From an uncultured cyanobacterium (GTDB lineage Bacteria; Cyanobacteriota; Cyanobacteriia; Cyanobacteriales; Cyanobacteriaceae): a DNA stretch of 64,000 nt. Below, one piece after another: positions 20,035 to 31,410 of this stretch (positions are counted from its first letter, which is position 1; the number at the start of each line of letters is the position of its first letter). Position numbers and translations under genes: made by a program. The notes under the pieces are model-generated. The model was not told where the DNA came from. It ran no database searches and worked only from the letters and a program-made list of their open reading frames with translations. The stretch is taken from contig CAVVOP010000021.1 in NCBI GenBank assembly GCA_963749915.1, positions 224,001-288,000 on the forward strand, given 5' to 3'.

Positions 20035-20712
20035 TTAATTATTAATTGTTCGTTGTTCATTGTTTTTACTGCTTTTTAACAAAGTAATAGCTATACTAAA
20101 CATAATATATCCGATAGAATAAGAAGCCAAAATATCTGTAACCCAATGGACTCTTAAATAAGCACTACTAATACCCATTAAAATGATTAAAAAAGTGGGA
20201 ATGGAGTAAAAATAAACCTTAAATTTCGGAAAAGATTGAGAGAAAATATAGGCTAATAAAAAATATAATAATAAATTACCAGAAGCATGACCACTAGGGA
20301 AACTATATCCAAAAGCATTTTCCACTAGGGGATGATCTGGACGAGGAATAGCAAAAAAAGGTTTAAGAATTTTATCAATTAAAATCAAAATAGATAGAGT
20401 GGATAAAGCCATAACTTGTGCCTCTTCCCAGTATTTTTTCCACACCAAAAAACCTAAGCTAAATAACACGATAAATACTGCAACTTCCGCTTCTCCCACA
20501 AAATAAGAAGTCTTAGCAATATAAAGAAACCAAGTAGGTAAAATGGTGTGAATTTTGGTTAATAAATTATCATCAAATACCTTTAGTTTTCCTGTCGCGA
20601 CCAAATTACTTAAAATGATAAAAAATGATAATGCCAAACTAGAAAAAAAGAGATTAATTTTATTTATATAATTTAAAAAGTTTTTTGGCTTTAATAAATA
20701 TTTAATTTTCAT
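20035..20712 (-). CDS. PAP2-family phosphatase
   Basis: KPFFAIPRP, SFPSGHA, YLRVHWVTD. Confidence 0.88.
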   Translation of the reverse strand: MKIKYLLKPKNFLNYINKINLFFSSLALSFFIILSNLVATGKLKVFDDNLLTKIHTILPTWFLYIAKTSYFVGEAEVAVFIVLFSLGFLVWKKYWEEAQVMALSTLSILILIDKILKPFFAIPRPDHPLVENAFGYSFPSGHASGNLLLYFLLAYIFSQSFPKFKVYFYSIPTFLIILMGISSAYLRVHWVTDILASYSIGYIMFSIAITLLKSSKNNEQRTINN

Positions 20713-20870
20713 TGATGTTTAATTAAAGGTGCTTTTTCGACCAAAATCAATGATTATTCATGATTAATTGTCAGTGTCAAATAATAACATAAAACCTGAA
20801 ATTATGCACATATTAATTTAGGGTTGCTGAATAAGTTTTTGATGAAGTTATTATCATATTGCTTACTGAA

Positions 20871-21422
20871 TCAGGGCGAGTATAAAAAATTGAAGAGAAA
20901 CATCCCTAGAGTGAAACTAATGGTGGCTAAGATAAAAATTAGAAAAAATATTTGCCAACTTTTCAACTTTGACTTTTGCAAATCTAGACGAAATAAAATA
21001 GTAGCAGAGGTAATAACTAATAAATATGCAAAATAATCAAAACTACAAAAAAGAAAAATTAATGCTATTGACCAAAATAAAATAGCAATAAAAGCCTTGA
21101 CATCAGAATCAAGACTCTTCTCAAAGACTAAAGTAATCAAAGCAATGGGAGTAGTTAAAAGGAGAGAAATTAAGATAATTACTGAGAATGCTAATATTTT
21201 AGTCACCCACAACACTATATCTTCCTCAATTACTATATCAAGAGAGAGACTTTGTTCCCGTAACATTTTAGCCGAATTTTGTAAATCATCCGAGATTGAC
21301 CATCCCAAAACAGTATAAGTACAGAGAAAAATACTGAGAGAAAGTAAAAGATTTTTGTCTAGCCAAGAAGTGTCTTTTCCAGGATTATTAAAGGAGTTTT
21401 TACTTGGCATATTAATAGACAA
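20871..21422 (-). CDS. Hypothetical membrane protein
   Basis: 183-aa ORF with about 5 TM segments; start uncertain. Confidence 0.6.
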   Translation of the reverse strand: MSINMPSKNSFNNPGKDTSWLDKNLLLSLSIFLCTYTVLGWSISDDLQNSAKMLREQSLSLDIVIEEDIVLWVTKILAFSVIILISLLLTTPIALITLVFEKSLDSDVKAFIAILFWSIALIFLFCSFDYFAYLLVITSATILFRLDLQKSKLKSWQIFFLIFILATISFTLGMFLFNFLYSP

Positions 21423-21526
21423 TTAGCGAATAAAAATTAGCAATTAACAACTAGTAAAATCTTAAAAACTATCAAATAATTAACAATCAACAATCAACTA
21501 AATTTATCTTGAAAAACGAGTAAAAT

Positions 21527-22012
21527 TCAGGACATAAATTGAACCATATAATCAAAATAAGGAGCAGTTTCTGCCGCTTCATCTTTAGTGAGTAAGCCTA
21601 AAGATGCTTCCTTGAGGCAACGAATAGATTCTACCATTCCGCCTAAAGGTACCCCAAGGGAGTTATACATCTCTTTAACCCCAATTAAACCAATGCTCTC
21701 AATAGGTTCTTTATCCCCTGATAAAATGCCATAAGTAGCTAAACGTAAGTACCAGCTAAAGTCTCTTAAACACTGATTATACTGCTTTTGCCCTGCGGCA
21801 TTACCACCGGAGGCTCTGAAATCGGGGCGCTTTCTAAATAACTCTCGACTGGCTTGTTCCACGATTTTTTTCTCGTTTTCCGCCAAAGTTTCGGCAATTT
21901 TTAATCTTTGTAACCCTGAGTCCAAAAAAGACTTAATCCCTTGTAATTCGCCACTGCTGGGGTAGCGTAATTCATCATCTGCTCTGAGAATAACTTGACT
22001 AACTATGCTCAT
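21527..22012 (-). CDS. apcD: Allophycocyanin-B alpha subunit
   Basis: [35 protein letters not shown]. Confidence 0.95.
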   Translation of the reverse strand: MSIVSQVILRADDELRYPSSGELQGIKSFLDSGLQRLKIAETLAENEKKIVEQASRELFRKRPDFRASGGNAAGQKQYNQCLRDFSWYLRLATYGILSGDKEPIESIGLIGVKEMYNSLGVPLGGMVESIRCLKEASLGLLTKDEAAETAPYFDYMVQFMS

Positions 22013-22208
22013 TTTATTAACGAGTATTATTTTATATGATTAGTTTAACGTGACATTAGCACTCATTTATTGCCTACAGTTTATCATAAAAACTGCTAAT
22101 TTTTTAGGGATAAAAGTACAAATTATCGGAGGGATGTTTATTTTATTTAACTTTCTGTCTGAGGGTAAAATGGAAAAGTTTTTAAAAAAAAATCATAAAT
22201 CTTAACAT

Positions 22209-22622
22209 TCAAAATAATTGCCATACTCCTCGACAAAACTCCTTTAGTTTATCTCTGACTTCTTCCGCCGGTAAACATCTACCTTCTAATTGCCAATCAT
22301 CAACGGTGGAAAGTCTCCATACTTCTCCCGTGTGATTAAATCCGGTAGTTTCTATACCTATCAAGCCATGTTGATTTTCGACTAAATCATGATGGAATCT
22401 AATTTGTACTAAAATACTTCTACTTTGAATTTTACGACTCCATCCGGGAAAATGAAACCCAATGTCAATGGAGTCAGGATCAACCAAATCAATGGTATCA
22501 GGATCATTGTGCCAAGGTTGAAGGTCTCCTTTAGCGTCGGGGAAATACTGTTTAAACAAATTGACTATAGAAGCTATTTTACTGGTAATTTCTAATCCAT
22601 TTGCTTGTTCAGATGCGTTCAT
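22209..22622 (-). CDS. Conserved hypothetical cyanobacterial protein
   Basis: DLQPWHNDPDT...DPDSIDIGFHFPGWS. Confidence 0.65.
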   Translation of the reverse strand: MNASEQANGLEITSKIASIVNLFKQYFPDAKGDLQPWHNDPDTIDLVDPDSIDIGFHFPGWSRKIQSRSILVQIRFHHDLVENQHGLIGIETTGFNHTGEVWRLSTVDDWQLEGRCLPAEEVRDKLKEFCRGVWQLF

Positions 22623-22768
22623 AGACTAATTTCTTTATAGTTAGATTTTCCTTGAAGATAAGATTACAGTATTGTAAAAGTTTGCCTCATAAAGTTAAAA
22701 GTGTACAAATGGGAGGAGAAACCTCTCCCCTACACTCTGAAATACCAGTCTGGCTTCTATCAGCAATT

Positions 22769-23209
22769 TTAAACCGAACTCACATGATTTAAAAGTAAGG
22801 CTTGTTGTTGCATTTTTTTGAAAATATTAATAAAACCGTTGGCACGAGACGGAGTTAAACTTACTTGTAAACCGGTTTCCTCAATAAAATCAGGAGTTAA
22901 AGTAATAATTTCCATGGGAGTTAATCCGCTTAAACCTTCAATGAGAAAAGCGACTAATCCTTTAACCAATTGTGCGTCGGAATCACCTTGGTAAAATACT
23001 TTATCTCCGTCTAATTTAGAGGTGATATAAACCTGAGAAACACACCCGGATACTTTATTTTCTTCGGTTTTGCCCTCTTCCGGCATAGGGGCTAGTTTTT
23101 TGGCATACCATAATAACTGCTCATATTTTTGTTTCGGATTATCACGACGTTTGAATTTTTCCACTATTTTGTCGAGGCTTTGGGGTCTAGGGTCAGAATT
23201 AGATACCAT
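22769..23209 (-). CDS. sufE: Fe-S assembly sulfur acceptor SufE
   Basis: VSGCVSQVY, GDSDAQLVKGL, LTPSRANGF. Confidence 0.92.
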   Translation of the reverse strand: MVSNSDPRPQSLDKIVEKFKRRDNPKQKYEQLLWYAKKLAPMPEEGKTEENKVSGCVSQVYITSKLDGDKVFYQGDSDAQLVKGLVAFLIEGLSGLTPMEIITLTPDFIEETGLQVSLTPSRANGFINIFKKMQQQALLLNHVSSV

Positions 23210-23292
23210 AGAATTAATAATAATAATATGAACATTGTGTGACTGCTTCTCGTCTATTCTAATTAATAATCTAGATCCAAAGTTTATTAATC

Positions 23293-23721
23293 ATGTTTTT
23301 TAATTTTATCTCTTCTTTTAAATCTCTTTCCTTTTGGGGCATAATGGCCACCACACTTATTTTAAATCTAATACCCTTAAATTCTTTTGCCCAAATCCCT
23401 AACAATCAGGAAATAAAAGGCACAACAGGAGGAAACAAGAATAGTGGTGATTGCGGTTATATTAATAATCAGCCCAATCATGTTATTAATTTAAGGGAAC
23501 AAGTATATTCATTAAATATTGTGGTTGAAACTAATCAAGGAAAACCAACCCTTTTAATCCTAGGACCGGGGGATAGCGATCGCTTTTGTATTCTTGGTGA
23601 AGCCAGTCCGGGTAAATATCCCCAAATGGGGGGAGTATGGGCGGCGGGAAAATACTTAATTTATGTAGGGGATGCCCAGGGAAATCAAAATCCTTTTACG
23701 ATGAAAATTACGGCTAATTGA
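23293..23721 (+). CDS. Hypothetical secreted protein
   Basis: Signal peptide; Cys pair (DCGY...RFC); G-x-W-x-x-G-x-Y-x-I-Y-V. Confidence 0.6.
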   Translation: MFFNFISSFKSLSFWGIMATTLILNLIPLNSFAQIPNNQEIKGTTGGNKNSGDCGYINNQPNHVINLREQVYSLNIVVETNQGKPTLLILGPGDSDRFCILGEASPGKYPQMGGVWAAGKYLIYVGDAQGNQNPFTMKITAN

Positions 23722-23765
23722 AACTTCTACCTATTATTGAATAATAACCTAGGCTCGTATTTTAT

Positions 23766-25220
23766 ATGACTATTAATAACAATTATGACTCTATTTCTTC
23801 GGAAACTACTAGGGAAAAAATGCCTAAAGCAAATATTTTCACGATGTTACGTTTAGGCTTGTTCAATCTCGGTATCGGTTTAATTTCTGTGCTGACTTTA
23901 GCGGTATTAAATCGGGTGATGATTTCTGAGTTAGGTATTCCCGCCACTATTGCGGCTGGGACTCTAGCATTATCCCAGTTAGTAGCACCAACAAGAGTAT
24001 GGTTAGGACAATTATCTGATAGTAAAAAATTATTCGGCTTACATCGTACGGGTTATGTTCTTACGGGGGTGGCAGTTGTCGGAATCTGTATCTTTTTCGC
24101 TGTCCAATTAGTGTGGTTATTAGGGGGGGATATTGTTAATAATAACGGTTGGCAATGGAATCCTCAGACTATTCTATTTAGTATTGGTTTAGCCTTGATT
24201 TTCATGGTACAAGGTATCGCTACAGGTGCAAGTTCAACCCCCTTCACGGCTTTACTCGTGGATATTTCTGACGAAGATAACCGCTCAAAAATCGTGGGAA
24301 CAATTTGGTCAATGTTAATGGTGGGTATCGTTATCGGCGGTATCACAGGAAATGTCTTACTCAAAAATTTGGCTGTGGGGGAAGACAATGTTATCTCCTT
24401 AAATGAACTCAAACCCCCCATCAATCTTATATTTATGGTTGTCCCCCTCACTGTAATAATTTTAACCATTATTGCCACTTGGGGAGTCGAAAAAAAATAT
24501 TCTCGTTATCGTTTGCGTTCATCTTTTGTGGATAAAGAAGATTGTATCAGCTTAAAACGTGCCTTAAAAATCTTGACTTCATCTCGTCAAACAGGAATAT
24601 TTTTCTCTTTTCTGGTAATGATTACCATGAGTTTATTTATACAAGAGGCGATTTTAGAACCCTATGGGGGGGAAGTGTTTAATATGTCTATCGGTGAAAC
24701 TACCATGCTTAACTCTTTTTGGGGTATTGGTATTCTAATCGGTTATATTACAACGGGATTTTTAGTTATCCCCCGTTTAGGTAAAACAAAAACCACCAAA
24801 ATCGGCTGTATTTTAGTCGCTTTATCCTTTAGCTTAATCATCTTCTCTGGTTTAACAACTATGGTTGTGATACTTCAAGGGGCAATGGTTTTATTTGGTG
24901 TTGCCGCCGGAATAACCACCGTTGGCTCAATTAGTTTAATGTTAGATTTAACCGCCGCCGAAACTGCGGGAACTTTTGTGGGTGCATGGGGTTTAGCACA
25001 AGCTCTGTCTAGAGGTGTTGCCATCGCCATGGGAGGGTGGATTCTCGATATAGGAAGACTAATATTTAATAACCCTTGGTTGGCTTATAGTTTCGTATTT
25101 TTCTGGGAGGCACTTTTTATTATTGGTGCCATCGCACTTTTAAATAAAGTCGATGTGGAGGAATTTCAAACTACCACCTATCAAGCCACAGCAATGGTTA
25201 TGGAAAGCGACTTAGATTAA
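23766..25220 (+). CDS. BCD/PucC-family MFS transporter
   Basis: LRLGLFNLG, LNRVMISEL, QEAILEPYGG, GTFVGAWGLAQA. Confidence 0.88.
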   Translation: MTINNNYDSISSETTREKMPKANIFTMLRLGLFNLGIGLISVLTLAVLNRVMISELGIPATIAAGTLALSQLVAPTRVWLGQLSDSKKLFGLHRTGYVLTGVAVVGICIFFAVQLVWLLGGDIVNNNGWQWNPQTILFSIGLALIFMVQGIATGASSTPFTALLVDISDEDNRSKIVGTIWSMLMVGIVIGGITGNVLLKNLAVGEDNVISLNELKPPINLIFMVVPLTVIILTIIATWGVEKKYSRYRLRSSFVDKEDCISLKRALKILTSSRQTGIFFSFLVMITMSLFIQEAILEPYGGEVFNMSIGETTMLNSFWGIGILIGYITTGFLVIPRLGKTKTTKIGCILVALSFSLIIFSGLTTMVVILQGAMVLFGVAAGITTVGSISLMLDLTAAETAGTFVGAWGLAQALSRGVAIAMGGWILDIGRLIFNNPWLAYSFVFFWEALFIIGAIALLNKVDVEEFQTTTYQATAMVMESDLD

Positions 25221-25380
25221 AGGGCAAAAGCAAAATTAGCATAAGTACAGCAAAATTACAATCAATCCTAATTTAAATGCTAATAAAACTAATTGAACAA
25301 AAAGGAATTTATCAGGTAGAATCAGAACAAAATTGTGACAGAACTTTATATTAAAAGAATTAAACCCGGAGGACAAAACG

Positions 25381-26745
25381 ATAAATACTTTTGCAAAAAA
25401 TCTCATCCCTAAGGACATCATCGTTAATTCGAACCCTCAACCCGCCTTAGAAATCATCGGCAGAAATCCCCTCAAAGGTCAGGTAAAAATTAGCGGTGCA
25501 AAAAACTCTGCTTTAGCTATCATGGCTGGTACATTACTTTGTGCTGAGGATTGTCGTTTAACTAATATGCCCTGCCTTGCAGATATTAACACCATGGGGC
25601 AAGTATTAGCTTCCTTAGGGGTTAAAATCAACAAAAATGGCACAGCATGGGAATTTAATCCCCGTGATTTGAAATCCGTGAAAGCACCCTATGATTTAGT
25701 ATCTCAATTGCGGGCTAGTTTTTTTGTTATTGGTCCGATTTTAACCCGTTTAGGTATAGCACAAGTTCCCCTACCCGGCGGTTGTGCTATCGGTTCTCGT
25801 CCTGTAGAGCTTCATGTCAGAGGGTTGCAGTCCATGGGGGCTAATGTAACTATTGAACATGGTGTGGTTAATGCGTCTGTTAAAGGTAGTAATGGGCGTT
25901 TAAAGGGAGCAAAAATATTCCTTGATTACCCTAGTGTTGGTGCTACAGAAACAATCATGATGGCGGCTACCTTAGCTGAGGGTGAAACTGTGATCGAAAA
26001 TGCCGCTAAAGAGCCTGAAATTGTTGATTTAGCTAACTTCTGTAATAGTATGGGAGCAAAAATTGCGGGAGCCGGTACAGATTCAATTACAATCAAAGGC
26101 GTTGAACGCCTACACAGTAGTGATTATGAGATTATACCCGATCGCATTGAGGCGGGAACTTTTCTGGTAGCCGGTGCTATCACTCATTCAGAAATCCTCG
26201 TCACTTCCGTAAATAATGATCACCTCACTCCCATCATCGCTAAATTAGCGGAAATCGGTTGTCGCATTATCCAGGAAGATAAAAGCACTTTGCGTACTAT
26301 TCCGGGAGAATTAAAGGCGAGTGATATTGAAACTTTACCTCATCCTGGCTTTCCTACGGACATGCAAGCACAGTTTATGGCACTATTAACCATCAGTGAA
26401 GGTAACAGTTTAGTTACTGAAACCGTCTTTGAAAATCGCCTACGTCATGTAGCCGAACTCAAACGTATGGGAGCAAATATCAAACTAAAAGGTAATTCTG
26501 CCCTTATAGCAGGCGTGCCGATGCTTTCAGGAGCACCCGTTATGGCAACGGATTTAAGAGCCTCTGCCGCCCTTGTCTTAGCGGGTTTAGCCGCCGATGG
26601 CAAAACTATTGTACAGGGTTTACAACACTTGGATCGAGGTTATGAAAACTTAGAGCAAAAGTTACAAGGATTAGGAGCAACAATTCAACGCCTTCAAAAC
26701 TATAATCCCTCATTGGAGTTTGGAGAAAGGCAAGTTGGCATCTAA
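25381..26745 (+). CDS. murA: UDP-N-acetylglucosamine 1-carboxyvinyltransferase (start inferred at ATA 25381)
   Basis: In-frame upstream extension [58 protein letters not shown] at 25368-25372. Confidence 0.93.
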   Translation: MNTFAKNLIPKDIIVNSNPQPALEIIGRNPLKGQVKISGAKNSALAIMAGTLLCAEDCRLTNMPCLADINTMGQVLASLGVKINKNGTAWEFNPRDLKSVKAPYDLVSQLRASFFVIGPILTRLGIAQVPLPGGCAIGSRPVELHVRGLQSMGANVTIEHGVVNASVKGSNGRLKGAKIFLDYPSVGATETIMMAATLAEGETVIENAAKEPEIVDLANFCNSMGAKIAGAGTDSITIKGVERLHSSDYEIIPDRIEAGTFLVAGAITHSEILVTSVNNDHLTPIIAKLAEIGCRIIQEDKSTLRTIPGELKASDIETLPHPGFPTDMQAQFMALLTISEGNSLVTETVFENRLRHVAELKRMGANIKLKGNSALIAGVPMLSGAPVMATDLRASAALVLAGLAADGKTIVQGLQHLDRGYENLEQKLQGLGATIQRLQNYNPSLEFGERQVGI

Positions 26746-26969
26746 GTTTTCCATGATCACTAAAGAGGCAATAGTACTTCAGTCAACGGGCAAATGGGGT
26801 GTAATAAACATAATATATCATGCCCCTACAATGAAGAAAATGATTGAATGAGGAGTTACTGAAAATATTTTATGAGACTAGAGAATCGGCAATATTGTCA
26901 GAGTTTCATCCTTACAAGAAACAAAGTTGCTTTTTTGAAAACTACATCCTAAAACCGATAACGTCTCAC

Positions 26970-27050
26970 CTAGATCTTGCACTTATGCTATAAATCTACT
27001 GATTGTTTTAACTCTGTCCATGGGGTTTTTGGTACCCGGTCAAGATCTGA
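26970..27050. repeat. Short MITE-like inverted-repeat element
   Basis: AGATCTTG (26972-26979) and CAAGATCT (27041-27048) bracket ~60 bp. Confidence 0.45.
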
Positions 27051-27225
27051 AACATCAGGGAAAAAACTTTTGATTAAGACAAGAAGAAAGAAGAAACAGG
27101 GAACAATAGTTACAATAAAATAAAGTATAGACTCAGAAATATCTAAATTTATTTACTTAACTATTCAAACTTGATGATGATTATGGTAACAACATTGATG
27201 AAAATTTAATTATATAGTAAAAAAT

Positions 27226-27765
27226 ATGGCTGATAATCAAAACTATCCAGAATTTATTAATGACTCTCAAGTTGACCTCGATGTAGAACAAGAAATCGAA
27301 GAAGTCGAAGCCCCTGAAGGCGAGTTACATCTTCGTTTTATCTTACCTTCGGGAGATAAATTTGCCCTTCCGGCAGTAGGTATCAGGGAAGTAATGCAAC
27401 AAGAGCCAGAAAGGATTACACCTATTCCTAATGCCTCACCGTTACTATTAGGTACAATTAATCTTCGGGGGGAAATTATTTGGGTGGCTGACTTAGGACA
27501 GTTTTTGGGTTATCCTAATATGTTAAATACCGACAGGAGTGAAATTCCTGTTATTGCCATTGAAGAACAAGAAACCATTTTAGGTTTAGCAGTGGATAAA
27601 TTGGGGGCAATGCAGTGGTTAGACTTGGAAACCTTACAAATACCTCAAAATGCACCAGATCACATCGCACCTTATATTCAAGGGGAATGGTTAGATGAAC
27701 AGAGTAATTATGTTCGACTTTTAGACCAAATTGCTATTCTTCGCTCTGCTCGTTGGGTAGCATGA
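27226..27765 (+). CDS. cheW: CheW-like coupling protein (PilI-like)
   Basis: ITPIPNASPLLLGTINLRGEIIWVADL. Confidence 0.9.
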   Translation: MADNQNYPEFINDSQVDLDVEQEIEEVEAPEGELHLRFILPSGDKFALPAVGIREVMQQEPERITPIPNASPLLLGTINLRGEIIWVADLGQFLGYPNMLNTDRSEIPVIAIEEQETILGLAVDKLGAMQWLDLETLQIPQNAPDHIAPYIQGEWLDEQSNYVRLLDQIAILRSARWVA

Positions 27766-27826
27766 AACATAGTATATCAGTCACCAAGATTAAATAACGA
27801 ATTTAGCAATTGACGGAGAAGGCACA

Positions 27827-30547
27827 ATGGTATCAGAAACTGATTATCAACAAAGATATGGAAAAGCTCAAACAGCTTACATTGAGGGTGATTTACAGGA
27901 AGCTAATTATATTACAGATTCCCTGATCCATGATTATCCTGATGATCCCAGTATTTTATTACTCAAGGGTCATCTTTACTTACGGGAACAAAAATATGAG
28001 CTTGCTCAAGGTACCTATAAGCATGTATTAAATTTAACCGAACATCAGGATTTAGTTAGTTTGGCCCACCAGGGATTAGCACAAATAGAAGAAGAGCAAC
28101 AATCAGAGGACTTAGACTCTTATGCCGATGTATTACAAATACCCGAGTTTGAGGGTGATATTGAGGAAATTGAGGACGATGAACCCGATGATGGTTGGAC
28201 AAATAGTATTCAATTTAATAGTATTGATTGGGATGCTCAGGATTTAGAAGAAGAAGAAGTAGAAGATCCTACCTTACAACAAAATCTACCTTTAAATAGG
28301 GATTTTTCCTCTCCTCCCCCCAAATCTAAATCTTCTCCACCAGTGGCAGTAGAAAATTCTATCTTTGATAATTCAAATTCATTTCCCGACATTCCCGACA
28401 ATGAAGAAGAGGATGCCACGGCAGTAAATACAGTCCTTAAATCCTCCCAAAATAGTCAATCTGATTTTGAGCCTTTAGCAGATAATTTATTAGAGATGAA
28501 TCTTAGTGAGTCTGACTTCGACTATAATGATTTGGATGACGGTGATATTAATCCTAGTTACTCACAAGAAACGGGTGTTCCTACTTTTATGGTTTCTTCA
28601 CAAGAGCCTGAGTTGAGTTATTTAGAAGAAATGTTGACGGGAGGCAGTGAGTTATTAGGTGATTTTGATGAGGATTTTGATGATTACAGTTCCGACTTAG
28701 AGCCGTTGACTTCCGCAAAAACATCAACTTCTCTTAAAACTGAATTGAATGATGATAGTGGTCCTTTAGTTTTAGAGGGAGAGAATAATTTATTTTTTGC
28801 ACCGGATGAGTTAGATGATATTCCCGATATTGGGGCGGATGAGCTACCCGTTTCTAGTATCTTTACGAAAGAACAACGGCAAAATAATAGTTTCAATAAA
28901 ATTATCGATAGTAATGATAGTGTTTTTGATGAGGATTTTGACAATGACATTACCGGAAGTTTTAGTTTTGACACTGATCACATAAATCTCGGTATCGCAG
29001 ATGAAGATATTAGCGCATCTTCCCTGACGGATGTGTCTAGTACTCCTATTTCGGTAAACTTAACTCCAGTAGTAGACATCCCTCAAGGTAATCTGGCAAA
29101 ATATTTCGATTTACCTTTATTTACTAAACAATTAGTTCATGGTGGCCTAACAGGTTTAGTTACCTTTTTGGCAGTGTTATTTGTAAGTATGTTCCAAGCG
29201 ACGATTACCCCGACAACGGTAGAAACGAAAAATCCTGGACCTAATGCAGAAGAGGGTATCAAATATCCTTTTGGCAAAAGATTTCTTTTAAGTTTAGTGG
29301 CAGGGATTGCTGGAGGTGGTACAACGGTGGCGATAGGTTATTTAATGACTAATCATATTAAACGTTATACCAATGATCTCCAAAATCAATTCGAGTCTGT
29401 TTATCAGGGTAATTATGAAGTAAAGACAACGATTTATTCTCAAGATGAATTTGGTACTTTAGCCGCCGGGTTTAACCAAATGGCAAAAATGGTCCATACT
29501 ACCACCACTGAGGCTAGAAAACGGGCAGAAGAAACCGAAAGAGCGAGGGAAGATTTACAACGTCAAGTAATTCGTCTTCTGGACGATGTGGAAGGGGCGG
29601 CAAGAGGAGATTTGACAGTACAAGCAGAGGTGACAGCGGACGTATTAGGGGCCGTGGCTGATGCTTTTAATTTAACCATTACTAACTTACGTAAAATCGT
29701 TAAACAGGTAAAACAAGCGGCGGTACAAGTAAATAAAGCGAGTACAGATAGTGAACTATTTGCCCGTAATCAGTCCAGTGATGCCTTAAGAATGGCGGAG
29801 GAGTTAGCCGTTACCCTGAATTCGGTGCAAATGATGACGGATTCTATTCAAAGGGTAGCAGAAAACGCACGAGAGGCGGAGGAGGTGGCTAGATCTTCTA
29901 GTGTTACAGCTCTTAAAGGTGGGGATGCGGTGGAACGAACTGTAGCTGGAATTTTACAAATTCGAGAAACGGTATCTGAAACTACCCGGAAGGTGAAAAG
30001 ACTGGCGGAAGCATCTCAACAGATTTCGACTATTGTCGCCGTTATCTCTCAAATTTCTTCCCGTACTAACCTTCTAGCTTTAAATGCTTCCATTCAAGCG
30101 GCACGGGCCGGAGAAGCCGGTAGAGGGTTTGCGATCGTTGCGGATGAAGTGCGACAGCTAGCCGATCGTTCTGCTAAATCTTTACAAGAAATTGAACAAA
30201 TTGTATTACAAATCCAAACAGAAACGGGATCGGTAATGACGGCAATGGAAGAAGGCATCCAACAGGTACGAGATGTGACCGAGCGATCGGAACAAGCAAA
30301 ACGATCCCTAGAGGATATTATTCAAGTGTCTAACCGTATTGATGCCCTCGTGCGATCGATTACTGCTGATACTGACGAACAAAGGGAAAATTCCAGAGGG
30401 GTGGCAAAGGTAATGCAGGCCGTAGAATTAACGGCTCAAGCCACTTCCCAGGAATCCCAAAGGGTAGCAGGATCACTTCAAAATCTGGTGGGCATCGCCA
30501 AAGATCTCATTTCTTCTGTAGAACGTTTTAAGGTAGAAGGAAGATGA
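27827..30547 (+). CDS. pilJ: Methyl-accepting chemotaxis protein (PilJ/Ctr1-like) with N-terminal TPR and acidic linker
   Basis: 2 TM helices, HAMP (DEFGTLAAGFNQM), RTNLLALNASIQAARAGEAGRGFAIVADEVR. Confidence 0.85.
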   Translation: MVSETDYQQRYGKAQTAYIEGDLQEANYITDSLIHDYPDDPSILLLKGHLYLREQKYELAQGTYKHVLNLTEHQDLVSLAHQGLAQIEEEQQSEDLDSYADVLQIPEFEGDIEEIEDDEPDDGWTNSIQFNSIDWDAQDLEEEEVEDPTLQQNLPLNRDFSSPPPKSKSSPPVAVENSIFDNSNSFPDIPDNEEEDATAVNTVLKSSQNSQSDFEPLADNLLEMNLSESDFDYNDLDDGDINPSYSQETGVPTFMVSSQEPELSYLEEMLTGGSELLGDFDEDFDDYSSDLEPLTSAKTSTSLKTELNDDSGPLVLEGENNLFFAPDELDDIPDIGADELPVSSIFTKEQRQNNSFNKIIDSNDSVFDEDFDNDITGSFSFDTDHINLGIADEDISASSLTDVSSTPISVNLTPVVDIPQGNLAKYFDLPLFTKQLVHGGLTGLVTFLAVLFVSMFQATITPTTVETKNPGPNAEEGIKYPFGKRFLLSLVAGIAGGGTTVAIGYLMTNHIKRYTNDLQNQFESVYQGNYEVKTTIYSQDEFGTLAAGFNQMAKMVHTTTTEARKRAEETERAREDLQRQVIRLLDDVEGAARGDLTVQAEVTADVLGAVADAFNLTITNLRKIVKQVKQAAVQVNKASTDSELFARNQSSDALRMAEELAVTLNSVQMMTDSIQRVAENAREAEEVARSSSVTALKGGDAVERTVAGILQIRETVSETTRKVKRLAEASQQISTIVAVISQISSRTNLLALNASIQAARAGEAGRGFAIVADEVRQLADRSAKSLQEIEQIVLQIQTETGSVMTAMEEGIQQVRDVTERSEQAKRSLEDIIQVSNRIDALVRSITADTDEQRENSRGVAKVMQAVELTAQATSQESQRVAGSLQNLVGIAKDLISSVERFKVEGR

Positions 30548-30590
30548 TTTCAGGGTCGGGGTTTTGGGAAATAGTTAGGACTAGTTTTAA

Positions 30591-31373
30591 TTGTTATTGT
30601 TTAATCAAGTGAATAAAATATTAGAACGCTTACTATCAGGTTTATTTTTAACAGGACAAATTCTAGTTCATATCCTACAAACTAAAATCTCCCGTAATAA
30701 TAGTTTAGAGCAAATGGCTTTTGTGGGACCGGCATCCTTACCCATCGCCCTAATTACCGCCGCATCGGTGGGTATGGTGTTTACCATTCAAGTGGCTAGG
30801 GAATTTATCTATTTTGGTGCAACTACCGCAGTGGGAGGGGTCTTAGCCTTAGCTTTAACCCGTGAATTAGCACCAGTTTTAACGGCAGTGGTATTAACAG
30901 GAAGAGTCGGAAGTGCTTTTGCCGCCGAAATTGGTACGATGAAAGTAACGGAACAAATTGATGCTTTATATGTCCTGAAAACAGATCCCATCGATTATTT
31001 AGTGACTCCAAGAGTTATTGCCTGTTCTTTGATGTTACCTGTGTTAAGCATTCTCTCCTTACTGGTAGGCATGACCGCAGGGTTAATTATTGCTGATGTT
31101 ATTTATGATATTTCTAGCATTATTTTTCTTGATTCTGTGCGAAATTTCCTCAAAACATGGGATATAGTCGTTTGTTTAATTAAATCTATGGTTTTTGGAG
31201 CTATAATCGCTATTATTGGCTGTAATTGGGGTTTAACAACCACTGGGGGAGCTAAGGGTGTAGGACGATCGACTACTGAAGCTGTGGTCATTTCTCTGAT
31301 TGCAATTTTTGTTACCAATTTTTTTCTGTCGTGGTTAATGTTTCAGGGTACCGGCAGTGCAGTAATTGAATAA
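30591..31373 (+). CDS. mlaE: MlaE/Ycf63 lipid ABC transporter permease
   Basis: RELAPVLTAVV, GSAFAAEIGTMKVTEQIDAL, GGAKGVG. Confidence 0.9.
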   Translation: MLLFNQVNKILERLLSGLFLTGQILVHILQTKISRNNSLEQMAFVGPASLPIALITAASVGMVFTIQVAREFIYFGATTAVGGVLALALTRELAPVLTAVVLTGRVGSAFAAEIGTMKVTEQIDALYVLKTDPIDYLVTPRVIACSLMLPVLSILSLLVGMTAGLIIADVIYDISSIIFLDSVRNFLKTWDIVVCLIKSMVFGAIIAIIGCNWGLTTTGGAKGVGRSTTEAVVISLIAIFVTNFFLSWLMFQGTGSAVIE

Positions 31374-31410
31374 TTTGATAGTTGACATTTAATACGAAGG
31401 GGGTTCTAAC

